Positions 25,210 through 39,967 are shown, numbered from the stretch's first letter. The stretch is 64,000 nt of DNA from Eledone cirrhosa (GCA_964016885.1 OZ024741.1:331700001-331764000); one strand, 5' to 3'. A program made the numbers and translations. Notes: a model not told the origin generated them from the sequence alone.

Positions 25210-26461
25210 GTATAGTATAGATTGTGATTTCAGCAAGCCTTTTCCATGGCATAGGAATTTTTGCAGGGTGTGTTAAAATAGGTGACTAGCTGACATGGCA
25301 GTACTGTGGTTAAATCTGTCATTGTGGTAAAGCTTGACCATTCCAGTGTACATGATGCTCAGTTCTGGCATGAGAACATATGTCGCTTTTTAGACCAGGC
25401 ATACTTTTAAAAGGTCATCCACATAAATTGCATATTAGTTTTGGTGCAACTTGGACTGCATGTATATCTTGATGAACTTTAAAATGTTTCTTTAGATCTC
25501 CTTGAGATTTGCAGATATTGTGGCATATGGGGCATTGATAAGGGTGAATTAACTAAGAACAAAGTTGAACTCTAAACTCATAGATTGGTTGCCTGTTACA
25601 TTACCATGTCATACAAATCTAATGTACTACAATGCACCACAGTGCATTGCATTGCACCATAGTGCACAGCTATTGCACTACATTGCACATCTATTGCTGG
25701 TGCCTCCAAAAAAAATCCAGAAGTTGGATAAAGCAAAGAGACTTTCAATACATACAAGATCAGAAAACAAGAGATTATATCAGAATTACCTGAAAAACAC
25801 CTTAAAGAAGTATTTACCTTCAGATAAGGAAGGAATGAAAATGTCAGAAAATATCACAGATCTTAAAATGGACATGTTTTTAGTTTTTCTAAAGATAAAA
25901 GCATTTGAAGGAATCCCCAGGTGGCTTTATTGTGAAAAACCCTTTCAGTGAAAACTGACAGAAACAACTACAAAATATAAAATAAAAAAAAAGTATAAAG
26001 TAATGAGAAGTAGATTTCAGAGAAAAGTTTACGATGTTTCATGATAGAATTTTCTTCCTGGAGAAAACGATGGTTATCAGATAGATAGAGTTGTTGGGTG
26101 GCTTAGAACTTTAATACAATTGCCCAGCTTTGTCTGTGTGTTTTTTTTTTGGTGGGGTGGTGTATATGTGTGTATGAGTGCATGTACATATATATGCATA
26201 TGCATATATATATATATATATGCATGTATATATATATATATATACATGTATATATATATATATATATATGCATATATATATATATATTTATGCATATATA
26301 TATGCATATATATATATATACACACATTATATATGAATATATATATATATATATTTATATATATGCATATATATATATATGCATATATATATATATGCAT
26401 ATATATATATATATACTTATATATGTGTATATATATGTATATATATATATATATATACTTA

Positions 26462-26578
<117 letters not shown>

Positions 26579-26663
26579 AGGAGGTGAGTTTTATTGTAGT
26601 ACAATAAAGCAATGCAGATATCGGATAAGTAGCACTCTACAGTTTGTAGGACTGGAGTATAAA

Positions 26664-26998
26664 TAATAATATATAAGATCAAAAGATGGTTAAAATTTTA
26701 TGCGCATTTCAAAAACAAATATCATTATGCAATAACATTTGCGTTTTTGTCAGATAAAATAGGGAGACATGATATGAAGGTTAAAACACACTTGTGAATA
26801 GTGCAGTTTTAAATCAACATATCATGATGTTGATTTAAAACTGCACTATTCACAAGTGTGTTTTAACCTTCATATCATGTCTCCCTATTTTATCTGACGA
26901 AAACGCAAATGTTAGTGCATGATGATATTTGTTTTTGAAATGCGCATAATAAAATACATGGAACTCTTTTAACCATCTTTTGATCTTATATATTATTA
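26664..26998. repeat. About 335-bp near-perfect palindrome in (TA)n
   Basis: Arms of about 160 bp surround the loop ATCATG (26821-26826). They differ by a few substitutions and one indel. Confidence 0.9.
26886..26956 (+). ncRNA. Minimal type-I hammerhead ribozyme motif (intact)
   Basis: TATTTTAT-CTGACGA-AAACGCAAATGTTA...TGATATTTGTTTTT-GAAA-TGCGCA-TA-ATAAAATA. This gives an 8-bp stem I and a palindromic stem III (ATGCGCAT), with predicted cleavage after 26948. Confidence 0.85.
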
Positions 26999-27026
26999 TA
27001 TATATATATATATGCATATATATGTG

Positions 27027-27094
<68 letters not shown>

Positions 27095-27129
27095 TAAAAA
27101 ATGGATGTTAAACGAAGATGATGAGATGA

Positions 27130-28689
27130 TATATGCAAAAGAAACCAAAGAACGCTTACATACCCAAACAGTCTTTATTTACTTACAATGTTTCATCCTC
27201 ACCTTTTGGCAGGAATCCCCAGAGCCTAATAAATACAGTGTTGAATATAGGCTCCACAAAAATCTAGTCGCACGAACAATCAGAATAAAGATAGGGAGAT
27301 TGGAGATGGCGAACAAAGAGGTGCATGCTGGGGTTGTTAAGCATCGCTGCTAAATGCCAAGGCATAAGCGGATTCAACAAGATGCAGATATAATAGATGG
27401 CACACAAAAACAAAGAAAGCAAAAGCAAAAAATGCAAAAGCATCAAAAAATACATAAAAAATACAGACAAAGGTTAAAACATAATATAAATTATATTAAA
27501 GTAATAAAAAATATAAAAATAATAAAGATAATAAAATAAAATAAAGTAAAATAATTTTAAAAAAAGATAAGATACTAAAATAATATAGTAATATAATAAA
27601 ATTAAAAATTAAAAAGAATTAAAAAGATTTAAAAAATTAAAAAATTAAAAAATTAAGAAATTAAAAAAGTAAATAAATAAAAAAAATAAATTTTTCATTA
27701 AAAAATAAAAACTCAGCCCTACCATATAATAACCATATTTTACTTGTGTAAGGCTGGTGATTTTGTGATACCTTCCTATATGCTTGTGAGCACCCATTGG
27801 CTACCTAGTTCGGGTACCTACCAATATACCGTGTGTATGTATATCATGGTGGTGATTTGGATTACTGTGGTCTTTCGGGATGTACCAAAAAGACTTCTTA
27901 ACGCTTATATATAAGTTACCGAGATCCTACTCACTCGTGTTACTAGGGACCAGCGCTTGTACTCTTTTAGCTTCTCTATGTGCTTATAACATAACTTTTT
28001 TTTTCTTTCTATTTATTTCTTTTTTAAAGAATTTCTCTTAGGAATAAATTTTTTATTTTTTATTTTTATTTTTATTTTTATCTTTTAATGAAAAAAAAAA
28101 ATTTATTTACTTTTTAATTTCTTAATTTTTTAATTTTTTAATTTTTTAAATCTTTTTAATTCTTTTTAATTTTTAATTTTATTATATATTATTTTAGTAT
28201 CTTATCTTTTATTATTTTATTTTTATTTTATTATTTTTCATTATATTTTATTAAATTTTTTAAAATTATTTTACTTTATTTTATTTTATTATCTTTATTA
28301 TTTTTATATTTTTTATTACTTTATTATAATTTATATTATGTTTTAACCTTTGTCTGTATTTTTTATGTATTTTTTATGCTTTTGCATTTTTTGTTTTTGC
28401 ATTCTTTGTTTTTGTGTGCCATCTATTATATCTGCATCTTGTTGAATCCGCTTATGCCTTGGCATTTAGCAGCGATGCTTAACAACCCCAGCATGCACCT
28501 CTTTGTTCGCCATCTCCAATCTCCCTATCTTTATTCTGATTATTCGTGTGACTAGGTTTTTGTGGAGCTTATACTCAACACTGTATTTATTAGGCTCTGA
28601 GGATTCCTGCCAAAAGGTGAGGATGAAACATTGTAAGTAAATAAAGACTGTTTGAGTATGTAAGTGTTCTTTGGTTTCTTTTGCATATA
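27130..28689. mobile_element. Long inverted repeat (about 590-bp arms, about 360-bp spacer), PLE pLTR-like
   Basis: 27130 to about 27713 matches the reverse complement of about 28075-28689 at high identity. Each arm holds a hammerhead motif. The right arm continues about 100 bp to (TA)n. Confidence 0.88.
28584..28643 (+). ncRNA. Minimal type-I hammerhead ribozyme motif
   Basis: GCT-CTGAGGA-tTCCT...AGGAt-GAAA-CATTG-TA-AGT, with a GUA triplet. The antisense copy at 27176-27235 has CTGGGGA. Confidence 0.65.
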
Positions 28690-28871
28690 ACGGCTCTGTT
28701 CTTGTACATTGAGCTAACACAATAATGTCATAATACAGTACGGTGCGTGAGTGTTTATGCACATACGCTCCGTGCTTTACGTAAATAAATATATATATAT
28801 ATCATCATCATCTTCGTTTAACGTCCATTTTCCACGCTAGCATGGGTTAGACAGGCATATATATATGCATA

Positions 28872-28910
<39 letters not shown>

Positions 28911-29089
28911 ATATATACATATATGTATATATATATATATATAGATATATATATTCATGTATGTATGTTGTGTATATATATATATATATATATACAGGGT
29001 GTCCCCCTAAAATGTATACATACTTTGATTAGAATGCTGTTGAAGTGTTAGTATACATTTTGGGGGGACACCCTAATTTATATATATTA

Positions 29090-29305
29090 AAGGAGTGTGG
29101 CTTAGTGGTTAGAGAATTGTATTTGCAATCATGGGGATGCAAGTTTGATTCCTGGACCGGGTAATGCATTATGCCCTTGAGCAAGATACTTCATTTCATG
29201 TTGCTCCTTCTGCCAGGAGTTGCGACTGGTACATAGTATCAGCAATGGAGAGACCGATGGAAACATTGTTTCCCTGGTCCAATTTGACAAGTTCCAACCC
29301 ACTTG
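29090..29305 (+). mobile_element. tRNA-derived SINE
   Basis: GGAGTGTGGCTTAGTGGTTAGAG...CCCTTGAGCAAGATACTTCATTTCA. A relative lies at 48100-48310 on the minus strand. Confidence 0.7.
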
Positions 29306-29672
29306 GTAGATATATATATAACAGAATAAATAATAAAATAAAAATAGTGTAGACATTACAATACAATGGGAGGAAACATAATAGTACCACTGATGATGTC
29401 ACAGGTGTGTGATGAAAGAACTTTGATAGACTATATATATATTTATATCTATATATTTAACCATTGGTCAATCAATGATAAACATTGATTGCCAGAAAAA
29501 TTAACTATGGAGATATAAAAGATACAGAAGTGAAAACTTATTCAAACCAAACAGTGAGTGTGTTTTATTATTATTTCTGGCAATATTATAACAATATGAC
29601 CCTCCCTAAATATAATAATAATATATATATATAAATAACAAAATAAGATGCTGAGGTTACATAAATCGTTTA

Positions 29673-29761
29673 ATCATTATAATTATTTCCACGGTTCTCC
29701 ATGCAATCGAAAAGTCCTTCATGCATTTGTTGTTGTTATGAGAACGGTATCCTCAGATGAT
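29673..29761 (-). ncRNA. Type-I hammerhead ribozyme motif with long stem II
   Basis: Minus strand: ATCAT-CTGAGGA-TACCGTTCTC...GAGAACCGTG-GAAA-TAATTA-TA-ATGAT, with palindromic stem III ATAATTAT and an AUA triplet. Confidence 0.8.
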
Positions 29762-30116
29762 AACCGATTTGTTTGATATGCCGCCAGCAGGAAAAACACA
29801 TGTCCTATTGCTTGTGTGCCCAACATATATATATATTTTGTGGTGGATGTTTTATGTATAAGTGCATTGAGTACTTTTTCTCACATCTGTCAATAATACA
29901 TCATCATCATCATCATCATTTTACGTCTACTTTTCCCTGCTTGCAAGGGTGGGACAAATACATGTATATAAATAAATATATAGTAATAATAAATACAAAG
30001 ACCAAAATTGAGTTACAGATTAACCTGCTTAGGGTAAAAGTAGAAATTCATTGCTTAAACTTTTAATCTGTACTAATAATAAATAAATAAATACACTCAC
30101 ACATACACACACACTC

Positions 30117-30169
<53 letters not shown>

Positions 30170-30431
30170 GTTTAAATTTGGTGATTTACCACTGGGTAGA
30201 ATTGGTCATTCTGTAATGTTAATCATGACGTAATATGTGAAAAGCAGTCAACGTTATGCAACTCATCCACCTTTGATGTTGATGATGTTGGTGGTGCGGG
30301 AACGGAGTAAATGCATTATAAAGTGAAATGACACTGGCTTTTTATGCAACTTGGCCACTGAAATATGTATAATGTTTGCAGAAATAAATAATTAAGGAAA
30401 TTCAACATATTTGGCCTCCTGTCATTTCACT

Positions 30432-30470
<39 letters not shown>

Positions 30471-31899
30471 CATCATCATCATTTTACAACTGTTTTTCCA
30501 TGCATCATTAGCATTGTAAAGAAAAGTATGGAAGTCACAACTTTCCATTCATAACAGATAGTGACCCTTCTCCTCTAGCTTGGGTCCAAAAATCTTCATG
30601 TACCATCAATGAAACCCAATTGAGGTTAACCAGTCGGTACTCCTGCTGACATTGGTTGTGTGTGCATGTGCCCATGTCAGTGTTTAAGTATGTTTATGTG
30701 TGTGTGTTTTTGTTTTGAACCATTTCTGCTTCACATTTGAAAAGGAGGTAATAGCCTTAAAATATCATGTTGAAATATACTGGGAAAAACATTACTTTGT
30801 TTTGTTTTATTTGTCATCATCTCTCCTTTATATATTTCTACCACATTGTACCAGTGTTTTGAAACTTAGCGATCTTCCCATTATAATTTAATGTAAGAAC
30901 TTTAGTTAAGTTATGTTCAACACCAGATAAATAGTGACTGGGTTAGTTACATTGTCTTAAAATTCTCGATTATTTTCAAAAATATTTGAAATTCACAAGC
31001 TGTGTCTGTCTGCAGAAATATGATAAAAGGTTTAAAATGGGTGGTTTTCATAGAACCAGAGTTAGTGAGCAGCTATTGTCTGGTTAATATCAAAGATGTT
31101 AAACTTTCTTGGTTCACTGTATACTGTTAGAAAGGTTCTTATAAGTTGATTTCATGATTCTGAGATTCCACAAACCTTCTTTAAACATTTCATTAACATA
31201 CTTCTAATGATAGACCATGCCTATGATTTTCAAGTAATTTTGAAAACACTCATGGATTTGGAGAGATTTAGTAATGCAACTAACTTTTTCATTATTAATC
31301 CAGTGTATGGAACATAACTTAAAAAAGGTTCTTACATGAAATTACAATGGAAAGTTTAAAGACAAATATAAACAGTCAGAGAGATTTAGTAATGTAATTA
31401 ACCTTTTCATTACTAATCTGGTATATAGAACATAACTTAAAGTTTCTTACATAAAATTACGATGGAAGGTGTTTAGACAAATATAAACACTTTAAAACAA
31501 ACAGCTTTATATCCTAGAACCAGGGGTGATTTCAAGTGATTTGGTATCAAAAGGCTTAAATATATTTACACCATACTATGGAGAGTGATGACTTTGAATA
31601 AATTACACTAGAATGTTTGCTGTTGTTGATACCCCAATATATATTTAAGTGATTGTTTTGTCACCACGATGGCTGCAGCTGCTGCTAATATGGTTGTCTC
31701 TGATTGTTCAATTTAATAACACTGATGACATAGCCAATGTTATCTTCTTCTGGGAAGCAATGGTGACATATTATTAAGATAAACTTTTCTTTCGCACAAA
31801 AAAAACAACCCTGTACTGTCTTCATTGTCCTCTTAATGTAAGCCCTGTGAAGCTAATAAAGAAACCATTACTAAGATGTCCTTCATTTTATTATTATTT

Positions 31900-32112
31900 G
31901 GTAAAGTTGGTAGAGCGTCTGACACTATGCTTTGCAGCATAGAGTTATGGCCCTTTACGTTCTGAGTTAAAATTCTACCGAGGTTAACTTTGCCTTTCAT
32001 CCTTATGGGGTCGATAAATAAAGTACCAGTAATGCAGTGGGGTTAATTTAATTGACTTTCCCCCACCTCTTCAAATTGCTGGCCTTGTGCCTAAATAGAA
32101 ACAATTATTATT
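31900..32112 (+). mobile_element. Octopus OK/OR-like tRNA-derived SINE
   Basis: ...TTACGTTCTGAGTT.AAATTC...GAGGTTAACTTTGCCTTTCATCC...GTCGATAAATAAAGTACCAG...GGCCTTGTGCCTAAATAGAAACAATTATTATT. Many copies occur across the window (7332, 9375, 16660, 32840, 47100, 58880, 61470, 62700, 63900). Confidence 0.8.
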
Positions 32113-32615
32113 ATTATTTGTTTGGTTTGTATTTTTACTGTATTTTTTTAGTGACTGATTTTTGTTGTTACTATTGTTGTTGTTGTTATTGTTTTTGTTC
32201 TTCTCTTCTTCCCTTTCTTTTCCCCCTCTCCTTTCCTTTTTTTATCCTATTTTTTCTTCCCCGCCCCCATTTTCTTAACTTATCCTCCCTATCTTTTCTT
32301 CTTCTCCTCCTCCGCCACCTCCCCATCTACCCACCCATCCTCACACCCTTTTTACTGTAATTCAATAACAATGTCCAGTAATGTTTATGTGTCACCTATG
32401 CCTGGAAAAACTTGGTTACTGCCAACTCCAGTCTCCAACATTTTCTACTAGTCCTCACAATGGAATAGAATTAATGGTAAATAATACATTAAAGAGATGG
32501 CAAGAATATAAATGGATTTTTTTTTTTTTTACATCACACTACCACCACTGCTGCTACTGCTACTATCACCATTCCTACCCACACATATTACTATTTATAA
32601 TATAACTATCACCTT

Positions 32616-32666
<51 letters not shown>

Positions 32667-33974
32667 AACTGCCACCACCATCGATGGTTATTTTTCAATG
32701 TTACCAATAAAAACCCATGCCTTATTTGACTTTCACTTTAACTTTATTATTATTAGTTATTTTGTCAAAGCTCTTTCATCACACATTCTGTGACCTCCTC
32801 AGTGACTATTTGTTGTTCTTCTCTGTGACTCCTCAAATAATAATGGTTTCTAATTTAGGCACAAGGCTAACAATCTGAGGGGGGGTGGGGGAGTCAATTA
32901 AATCACTCCCAGTGCATTACTGGTATTTTAATTTATCAACCCCCGTAAAGGTGAACAGCAAATCCAACCTCAGCAGGGTTTGAATTCAGAACATAACGGG
33001 CCTGTAACTCTATGTAGCAAAGCATATTGTCCGGCGTTCTACCAATTGTGTCTCCCCTAATAATAATAAAGCTGAAGTGAAAGTTAAATAGCATATGTGT
33101 TTTTATTGGCAAAATTGACAAAATGACTATCCCAAATATAACAATATCTGTTTCAACACAATTTCACATCAATAATCTTGCAAAACAAATACATAAATGT
33201 AATTTGTTGAAATATTTTAATTTGAATAGAACTCTTTAAAATGGGTTGTTGTTTTTCATAAAACCAGAGGTGGTTGAGTTTGTATCAAAAGGGCGAAAAA
33301 AGAACCTTTCAAAATAGGTGGTTTTGTTTCATAGAACTTAGAATTAGTTTGGGCCAGGTTTGTCACAAAAGGGTTAAACAGGAATCCTTTAAAATGGGTG
33401 GTTTTGTTTCATAGAACCAGAGCTGGTTTTGGGTGTGTTAGTATCAAAAGGGTTAAAGTACTGGTGTTGCCAGTGGTCTGAGAGAACACAACAGTTGCCA
33501 GCAATATATAATACAGTAAAGACTCAATATAAAAATAAATCAACATAAAACCAGAATAATGGAGAAGATTGTGGATAGGGATTAAGTGAAGATCTGTTAT
33601 GGTTCTGTCCTGTCTTGTTTTGGTATTTTATATATGTGTTTGTGTATGTATATATATATTTATTCAAGAATACAAACACATACACACATACACACATACA
33701 CACATACACACATACACACATATATATATATATATAATTATCATCAACATCATCATCATCCTTTTTAACGTTCACTTTCCCTGCTAGCAATATATATATA
33801 TACATATGTATATATACATTCACATATACATATATATAAATTGCAGTATTGGCGAATACAATCATCTTCAAGTTTGCCTCAAAGTCTTGTATTCGTTCAT
33901 GGTGGATGTAAATATTCCTGTCAGGTATTGAATTATACAACACTTTATATCCCACTTCTCTCTTCTATCATCTA

Positions 33975-34300
33975 ACTAGATGTGATCTCGCTTGAACTAT
34001 CTCTCTCTAGCTAGTTCTGTCTCTACATCTCTCTCTCTCTCTCTCTCTCTCTCTTGATAGTTATGTCTCTACATATCTCTCTCTCTCTCTTGCTAGTTCT
34101 GTCTCTACAGCTCTCTCTCTCTCTCTCTCTTTAGTTCTGTCTCTACATCTCTCTCTCTCTCTCTCTCTCTCTCTAGTTCTGTCTCTACAGCTCTCTCTCT
34201 CTCTCTAGCTAGCTCTGTCTATCTAGTTCTCCCCCTCTCTCTAGCTAACTCTGTCTCTATCTAGTTCTCTCTCTCTCTAGCTAGCTCTCTCTCTCTCACA
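33975..34300. repeat. Compound (CT)n minisatellite (AGTTCTGTCTCTAC + CT run)
   Basis: About 8 tandem units are visible. Confidence 0.8.
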
Positions 34301-34941
34301 TACTATCTAGCTGATAAATAAATCTACTGATAAATAAATCTTAATCTCTCTCTCTCACTCTCTCTGACACTGTAATCTAATAGAGACATTGATCTGTAGT
34401 TTGGCAAAACTCCCAATTAACTTCACTTATCTGCTTGCTAATTAACAGTTGCACATTTAACTTGGCCTCAACTAATTGCTGCATCATTTGCCTTCATAGC
34501 TTCCTCTTGGAAAATATCTCTTCTCTCTCCTAAGGCTTAACGGCAACATTTTCAAAATTATTTTCAGTTGGTGAAGGAAATGATTAAATTAATGTTGCTA
34601 AAGGGGGCAAAAGCTAAAGGTTATTACAATAACTATATTTTATATCCTGTTTCTGGCTAGCTCTTATAACGAGTTCCTTAATATTTTGGCATCCTACTCC
34701 CATTAAAATATTCCAAAACAAAATTCTTAAATTAGATTAATAATGAGAAAGTTAATTATATTACTAAATCCCTTAACGTTCTTGATTATTTTTGAACATT
34801 AAATGAAAATCAAAAGTAGTATCTGTCATTAGGATTATGGTAACAAAAGGGTTAAAATATTTCTGGCTTACTCCTCTAAAGATTTCCTTAATATTTTGGC
34901 ATCAAACTCCTGTTAGAATATTCCAAATCAGAAATTCTTAA

Positions 34942-35154
34942 CCCTTCTGCTACTAGTTTGTCTCAAATCAGCTTTGTTTCTATGAAATAAAACCATCCAT
35001 TTCAAGGGGCTCGCTCCAATTTAAATTGAAATATTCCAACATAATTTTATATAAGAACCACAATGAAATAATTAAGAATTTTAGTAAATCTCTCCAAATT
35101 CTACATTAATTAATTAAAATAGTGTATTTCATTAGAAATAAGGTCATGAAAGGG
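34942..35154. mobile_element. piggyBac-type MITE (TTAA TSD)
   Basis: TTAA|CCCTT...AAGGG|TTAA. Related fragments lie at 18240-18575, 30800-31560, 33200-33455 and 34700-34856. Confidence 0.6.
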
Positions 35155-35929
35155 TTAAATCTTTGAAACTTTTGAAAGAAACTAAATAACATTTTTAAAG
35201 GTTTCTAATTAATTAAATCAGTTATTTTTAATATTCTAAGCAAAAATTCCTGATTGAAATGTGAATGAAATCATTAGGTCCCAGGTTCAATCCCACTGTG
35301 TGACATCTTGGGCGAGTGTCATTTACCCAGTAATGCTCTGGAGTCAACTCATGTCTTTGAACTGAAATTGGGTAGACCAAAACTGTTTGGAATCCTGTCA
35401 GATGAGCTACTCTACCTGTAATTCAAAGGTCCTGTCTTGTCATTCATACAATGTGTCATGTTGAATCACATCTCTCTGAGAATTATGTGTTAAGGGTATA
35501 TACATATACATATACAGCTACTTAAACGTTAACTTCAAAAGCAAGGATAGAGTACCACTGATAGCACAAGTGGCACACACAGTGTCAAAAAATGAGGCAG
35601 GTCTATTCCACTAATTAAGCCCCCCCCCCCCCCAAAAAAAAAAAAAAAAAAAAAAAAACACAAAAATAAATAAATAAAAACTAAATTTCAAGATCTCCTC
35701 ACATTTTATTTTACTGTTTAACTTAATGATTTATAATAGACATTACTTTGATTACAGTAACTTTTTCTAATTTATTGAGTCAATTAGTGTGATGGCAAAG
35801 GAGGAGAATGTTGGCAGATTATCAGAAGTAATGTCTTGTTATGTTTACTATTCTCCATCTATATAAATTGGGAATTTAAATGGGGCCAAAGTTGTTTTCA
35901 TCATTTTCTCATTTTAGGGACAATAATAA

Positions 35930-36570
35930 TAATGGTCTTTGATTTAGGCACAAGGCCAGCAATTTGAAGGGGGAAGGGAAAATTGATTAAATCGACCCTA
36001 GTAAATTACTGGTACTCTATCACCTCTGTAAGGATGAAAGGGTGAGCTAACCTCAGTGGGATTTGAACTCAGAACATAAAGGGCCATAACTATATGTCAC
36101 AAAGCATGTTGTCTGACACTCTACTGATACTGCCATCCACCATCCTAGAACAAAATGAAAATAATGGTTTCTGATTGAGGCACAAGGCCAACAATTTGTG
36201 GGGAGGGGAAAGTCAATTACATTGGCCACAGTACATTTCTGCTACTTTATTTTATTGACCCTGTAAGGATGAAAGGCAAAGTTAACCTCAGCGGGATTTG
36301 AGCTCAGAACATAAAGGGATGTAACTGTGTGCTGTAAAGCATATTGTCTGATGATCTACTGATTACTGATATCCACCCTTGTTAGGGTCAATAATATAAG
36401 AACCAAGGCAGTGAACTGGCAGAATCAATAAAACATTAGATAGAATGCTTTGAAGTATTTCGTTCTGGTTCAGTATTACATTCTGAGTTCAAATCCCACT
36501 GAGGTCAACATTGCCTTTCACCCTTTCGAGGTCGATTAAAAAAGTACCAGTCCAATACTGGGGTTTATTC
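35930..36570. mobile_element. Cluster of three OK/OR-like SINEs (two minus, one plus)
   Basis: The SINE core recurs at about 35930-36140 (-), 36160-36380 (-) and 36405-36570 (+). Confidence 0.75.
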
Positions 36571-37363
36571 TTCCTCTGTATACATCTGATTCTCTCATAC
36601 CTTCTCCTCTTCTTGAAGAAATTGACTATGTTCAGACCTGGAGAGGGATGGTCTCCACCAGGTTTTAAATGAAAATGCCCAAGACAGAGTTCCCTATGAT
36701 TACATCAGGGGATATGGGTTCATAAATACGATATAAGAACCATTTGTTGTTATTGTTATGGTAATGAGGCAACAACAGCATCAACAACAGCAACACCATC
36801 ATCACAAACAACAACACTAACTACAACATCAACACCAATAACAAGAACACTACCACCACCACTAACAACAATGACAAAGAAAACACCAATAAAAACAACA
36901 ACAATGTTTCTTGTTCCATATACTATTTATTATAACTCTTCCCACTTATCTCATTATGACACTTTTTGTTCTTCTTCCTTCTTTTACATAAATGATGCTC
37001 ACAAAACCTCTCCCTCTTTTTATTTAACTCCTCTTATCCTTATACCCACATACATCATTTCTAGTTAATCCTCTAAGTTTTCACTTATTCCTATTAACAT
37101 TTTATGCTCCTCCCACTTCACTCCACTCCAACTACTTCATATGTTATGCCCCTCCCACTTCTTTCACTCTACTCCTCCCACTGGATATATTACTCTAATG
37201 TATTGCAACCTCCTACCTTCCTTCCTCACTCCTCCCTCCATTTGCTAGCAAACACTTTCCTTCTTTCTTTGTTCCTTTATTTTTAGTGTCTTGCTCAACT
37301 ATCACTCCTTTAAATATAATGTCACATAATACACAAACACACAGACATAACATATCTATGGGT

Positions 37364-37407
<44 letters not shown>

Positions 37408-37409
37408 TA

Positions 37410-37449
<40 letters not shown>

Positions 37450-38175
37450 GCATATGTGTACATATATGTATCTATCTAGTTATCAATCTCTCTCTCTCTC
37501 TTTATACATGTATATATAAATCATTATCATCATACGTCCGCTGTTCTACACTTGCATGGGTTGGATGGGTTCTCTTCAAGTACAGCATCTCTATCTTTCT
37601 CTCTCTTTCTCTCTCCACACACATTTGTTTGGGTGTATGAATATATATATATATATGTGTGTGTATTTATATATATATATATATATTTCAAGAATGCAAA
37701 TGTCTTGCTAATATGGATTCATAGAGTACAGGATGTTAAGAGTTAATACCTCCTTATAGAAATGTTACTCTATGTGGTGGACTTGATAAAGTTTGCTCAA
37801 CCAGTTTGTAGATCCAACAAAATCTTTAGGCTAGAAATAATTCTCATGCTAGTATGATTTCACACACACAAACACACAAATATACAAGTATTACCATCAT
37901 CATCATCATTTAAAATCTACTTTCACTGCTGGGTATAGAGATTGTATCAGTCTGAAATTAGATTTGTTGGGGAAGCACATCTTCACTCATACATTCCGTA
38001 TATATTTGGCATGGTTTCTACAGCTGGATGCACTTCTATGGCTGGATGCACTTCCAATGCCAACCAATTTACAGAGTGTAGAAGGTTCATCTTATTGGGG
38101 CAACAATACTACAACTTTACTGAGTATCCAGGGAACAGTTTATTCATCTACCATTTTATATATATATATATATAA

Positions 38176-38256
<81 letters not shown>

Positions 38257-38326
38257 GGGTGTCCCACAAAAATATATACACACTTCAACAGCATTGTAAT
38301 CAAAGTGTGTATACATATATATACAG

Positions 38327-38361
<35 letters not shown>

Positions 38362-39032
38362 CTAGCATAGTACCTGTCAAAAAATGATGGGGTTATTGTA
38401 AGATGTATTTAATTTAATTATTCCTTGAAACATTCTATGTAAAGATGACTGAATTTTTGATTTTTCTTGAACTTTTCTCTCTGGTCACTCCGACCATCAG
38501 TGTACTTCATTTTAATCAATTACAATAATTTTCTTCTATATATACTTTAATCATTATCAAACATATGTCAACTAAATTATGATGACTGTTTTACCTATGT
38601 ATTTTAAGACTGCAACTGGGATTTGTGCTTTGTTGTTGTTGACTTTGACCAAAAATACATACGTTGGTAAATATACATAAATAGAGGTGGTTACATAGAT
38701 AGATATGTAATTATCTAGGTAGATAGGTATATATATATATATATATGAAGGGCATCCAGCCATAGAAAACCAGCTCCAAAACACCCAGCCCACACTGTAA
38801 AGTGGACGTGTAAAAGACACAGCAAAAAGCACCCAGCACACACTGTCAATGTGGTTGGCATTAAGAAGGGCATCCAGCCATAGAAAACCACCCAGAAACT
38901 GTCCTATATTAGCGAGACATGGTCACCCAACCCAACTTGCTTATAAATGGGACAAACCCGTCTAACCTATGCTAGCATGCAAGATAGACGTTAATCGATG
39001 ATGATGATGATGATGATAATGATGATATATAA

Positions 39033-39089
<57 letters not shown>

Positions 39090-39264
39090 AATATATATAT
39101 AGATAGATAGATAGTCCCAGCATTTAGCAGAGCAGAGTGTCCTGATGGCATTACATTGTGGCACCAGCTGCAGGAGGTTACCATATCTACTACACAGCTG
39201 AAGGTTCCTCCCAATACTTTATTTAGCATATTTTCTAACCACTTTACAGATTGTACTGAGTGTG

Positions 39265-39308
<44 letters not shown>

Positions 39309-39525
39309 TTCAGGTGAAGAACCAAACACTTTATAGGGTTCAAATCCTTTATTTTTTTCTACAACTGTTTCAATTTCTTGATTTGAATTCTATCAAGCCT
39401 TTGGTTATTCACCTGAATTGAATTATTATGCTGCATTTTAACAAACCTGATTAACACATTGAGCTTTAATGAATGACTGTTATATCCACTTTCATTGATC
39501 TCCTATATATATATAGATCACACAC

Positions 39526-39557
<32 letters not shown>

Positions 39558-39559
39558 TT

Positions 39560-39893
39560 CATTTCATTTCATTTTACGTCCGCTTTTTCCCTGCTTGCAA
39601 GGGTGGGACGGGAACTGATGCTGGCTTGATTTCTACAGCTGGATGCCCTTCCTAACACCAACCTCATTTACAGTGAGTGCTGGGTGCTTTTTTGCCGTGG
39701 CACCTCCACGACCACTTTGCAGTGGAATGATATGGACCCCAGTCCCTATCATCTCATTTCTACAGCTGAGTAAACTGGAGCAATGTGAAATAAAGTGTCT
39801 TGCTCAAGGAAACAACACATCACCCGGTCTGAGAATTGAACTCACAACCTTTCGATTGCAAGGCCAATGCTCTAACCACTAAGCCATGTGCCT

Positions 39894-39897
<4 letters not shown>
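39560..39897 (-). mobile_element. tRNA-derived SINE with RTE tail
   Basis: Same family as 33-432. Confidence 0.8.

Positions 39898-39967
<70 letters not shown>

Noticed and set aside
25565-25951. 128-aa ORF, possible hAT transposase N-terminal relic
   Set aside because: The resemblance is only vague and there is no diagnostic motif.
29386-29428. CTGATGA-TGTCAC..GTGAT-GAAA hammerhead
   Set aside because: Stem II is out of register and stems I and III are weak. It may be a relic but cannot be supported.
39820-39897. tRNA gene
   Set aside because: A/B boxes are present, but the sequence is the head of a multi-copy SINE and lacks a proper acceptor stem.
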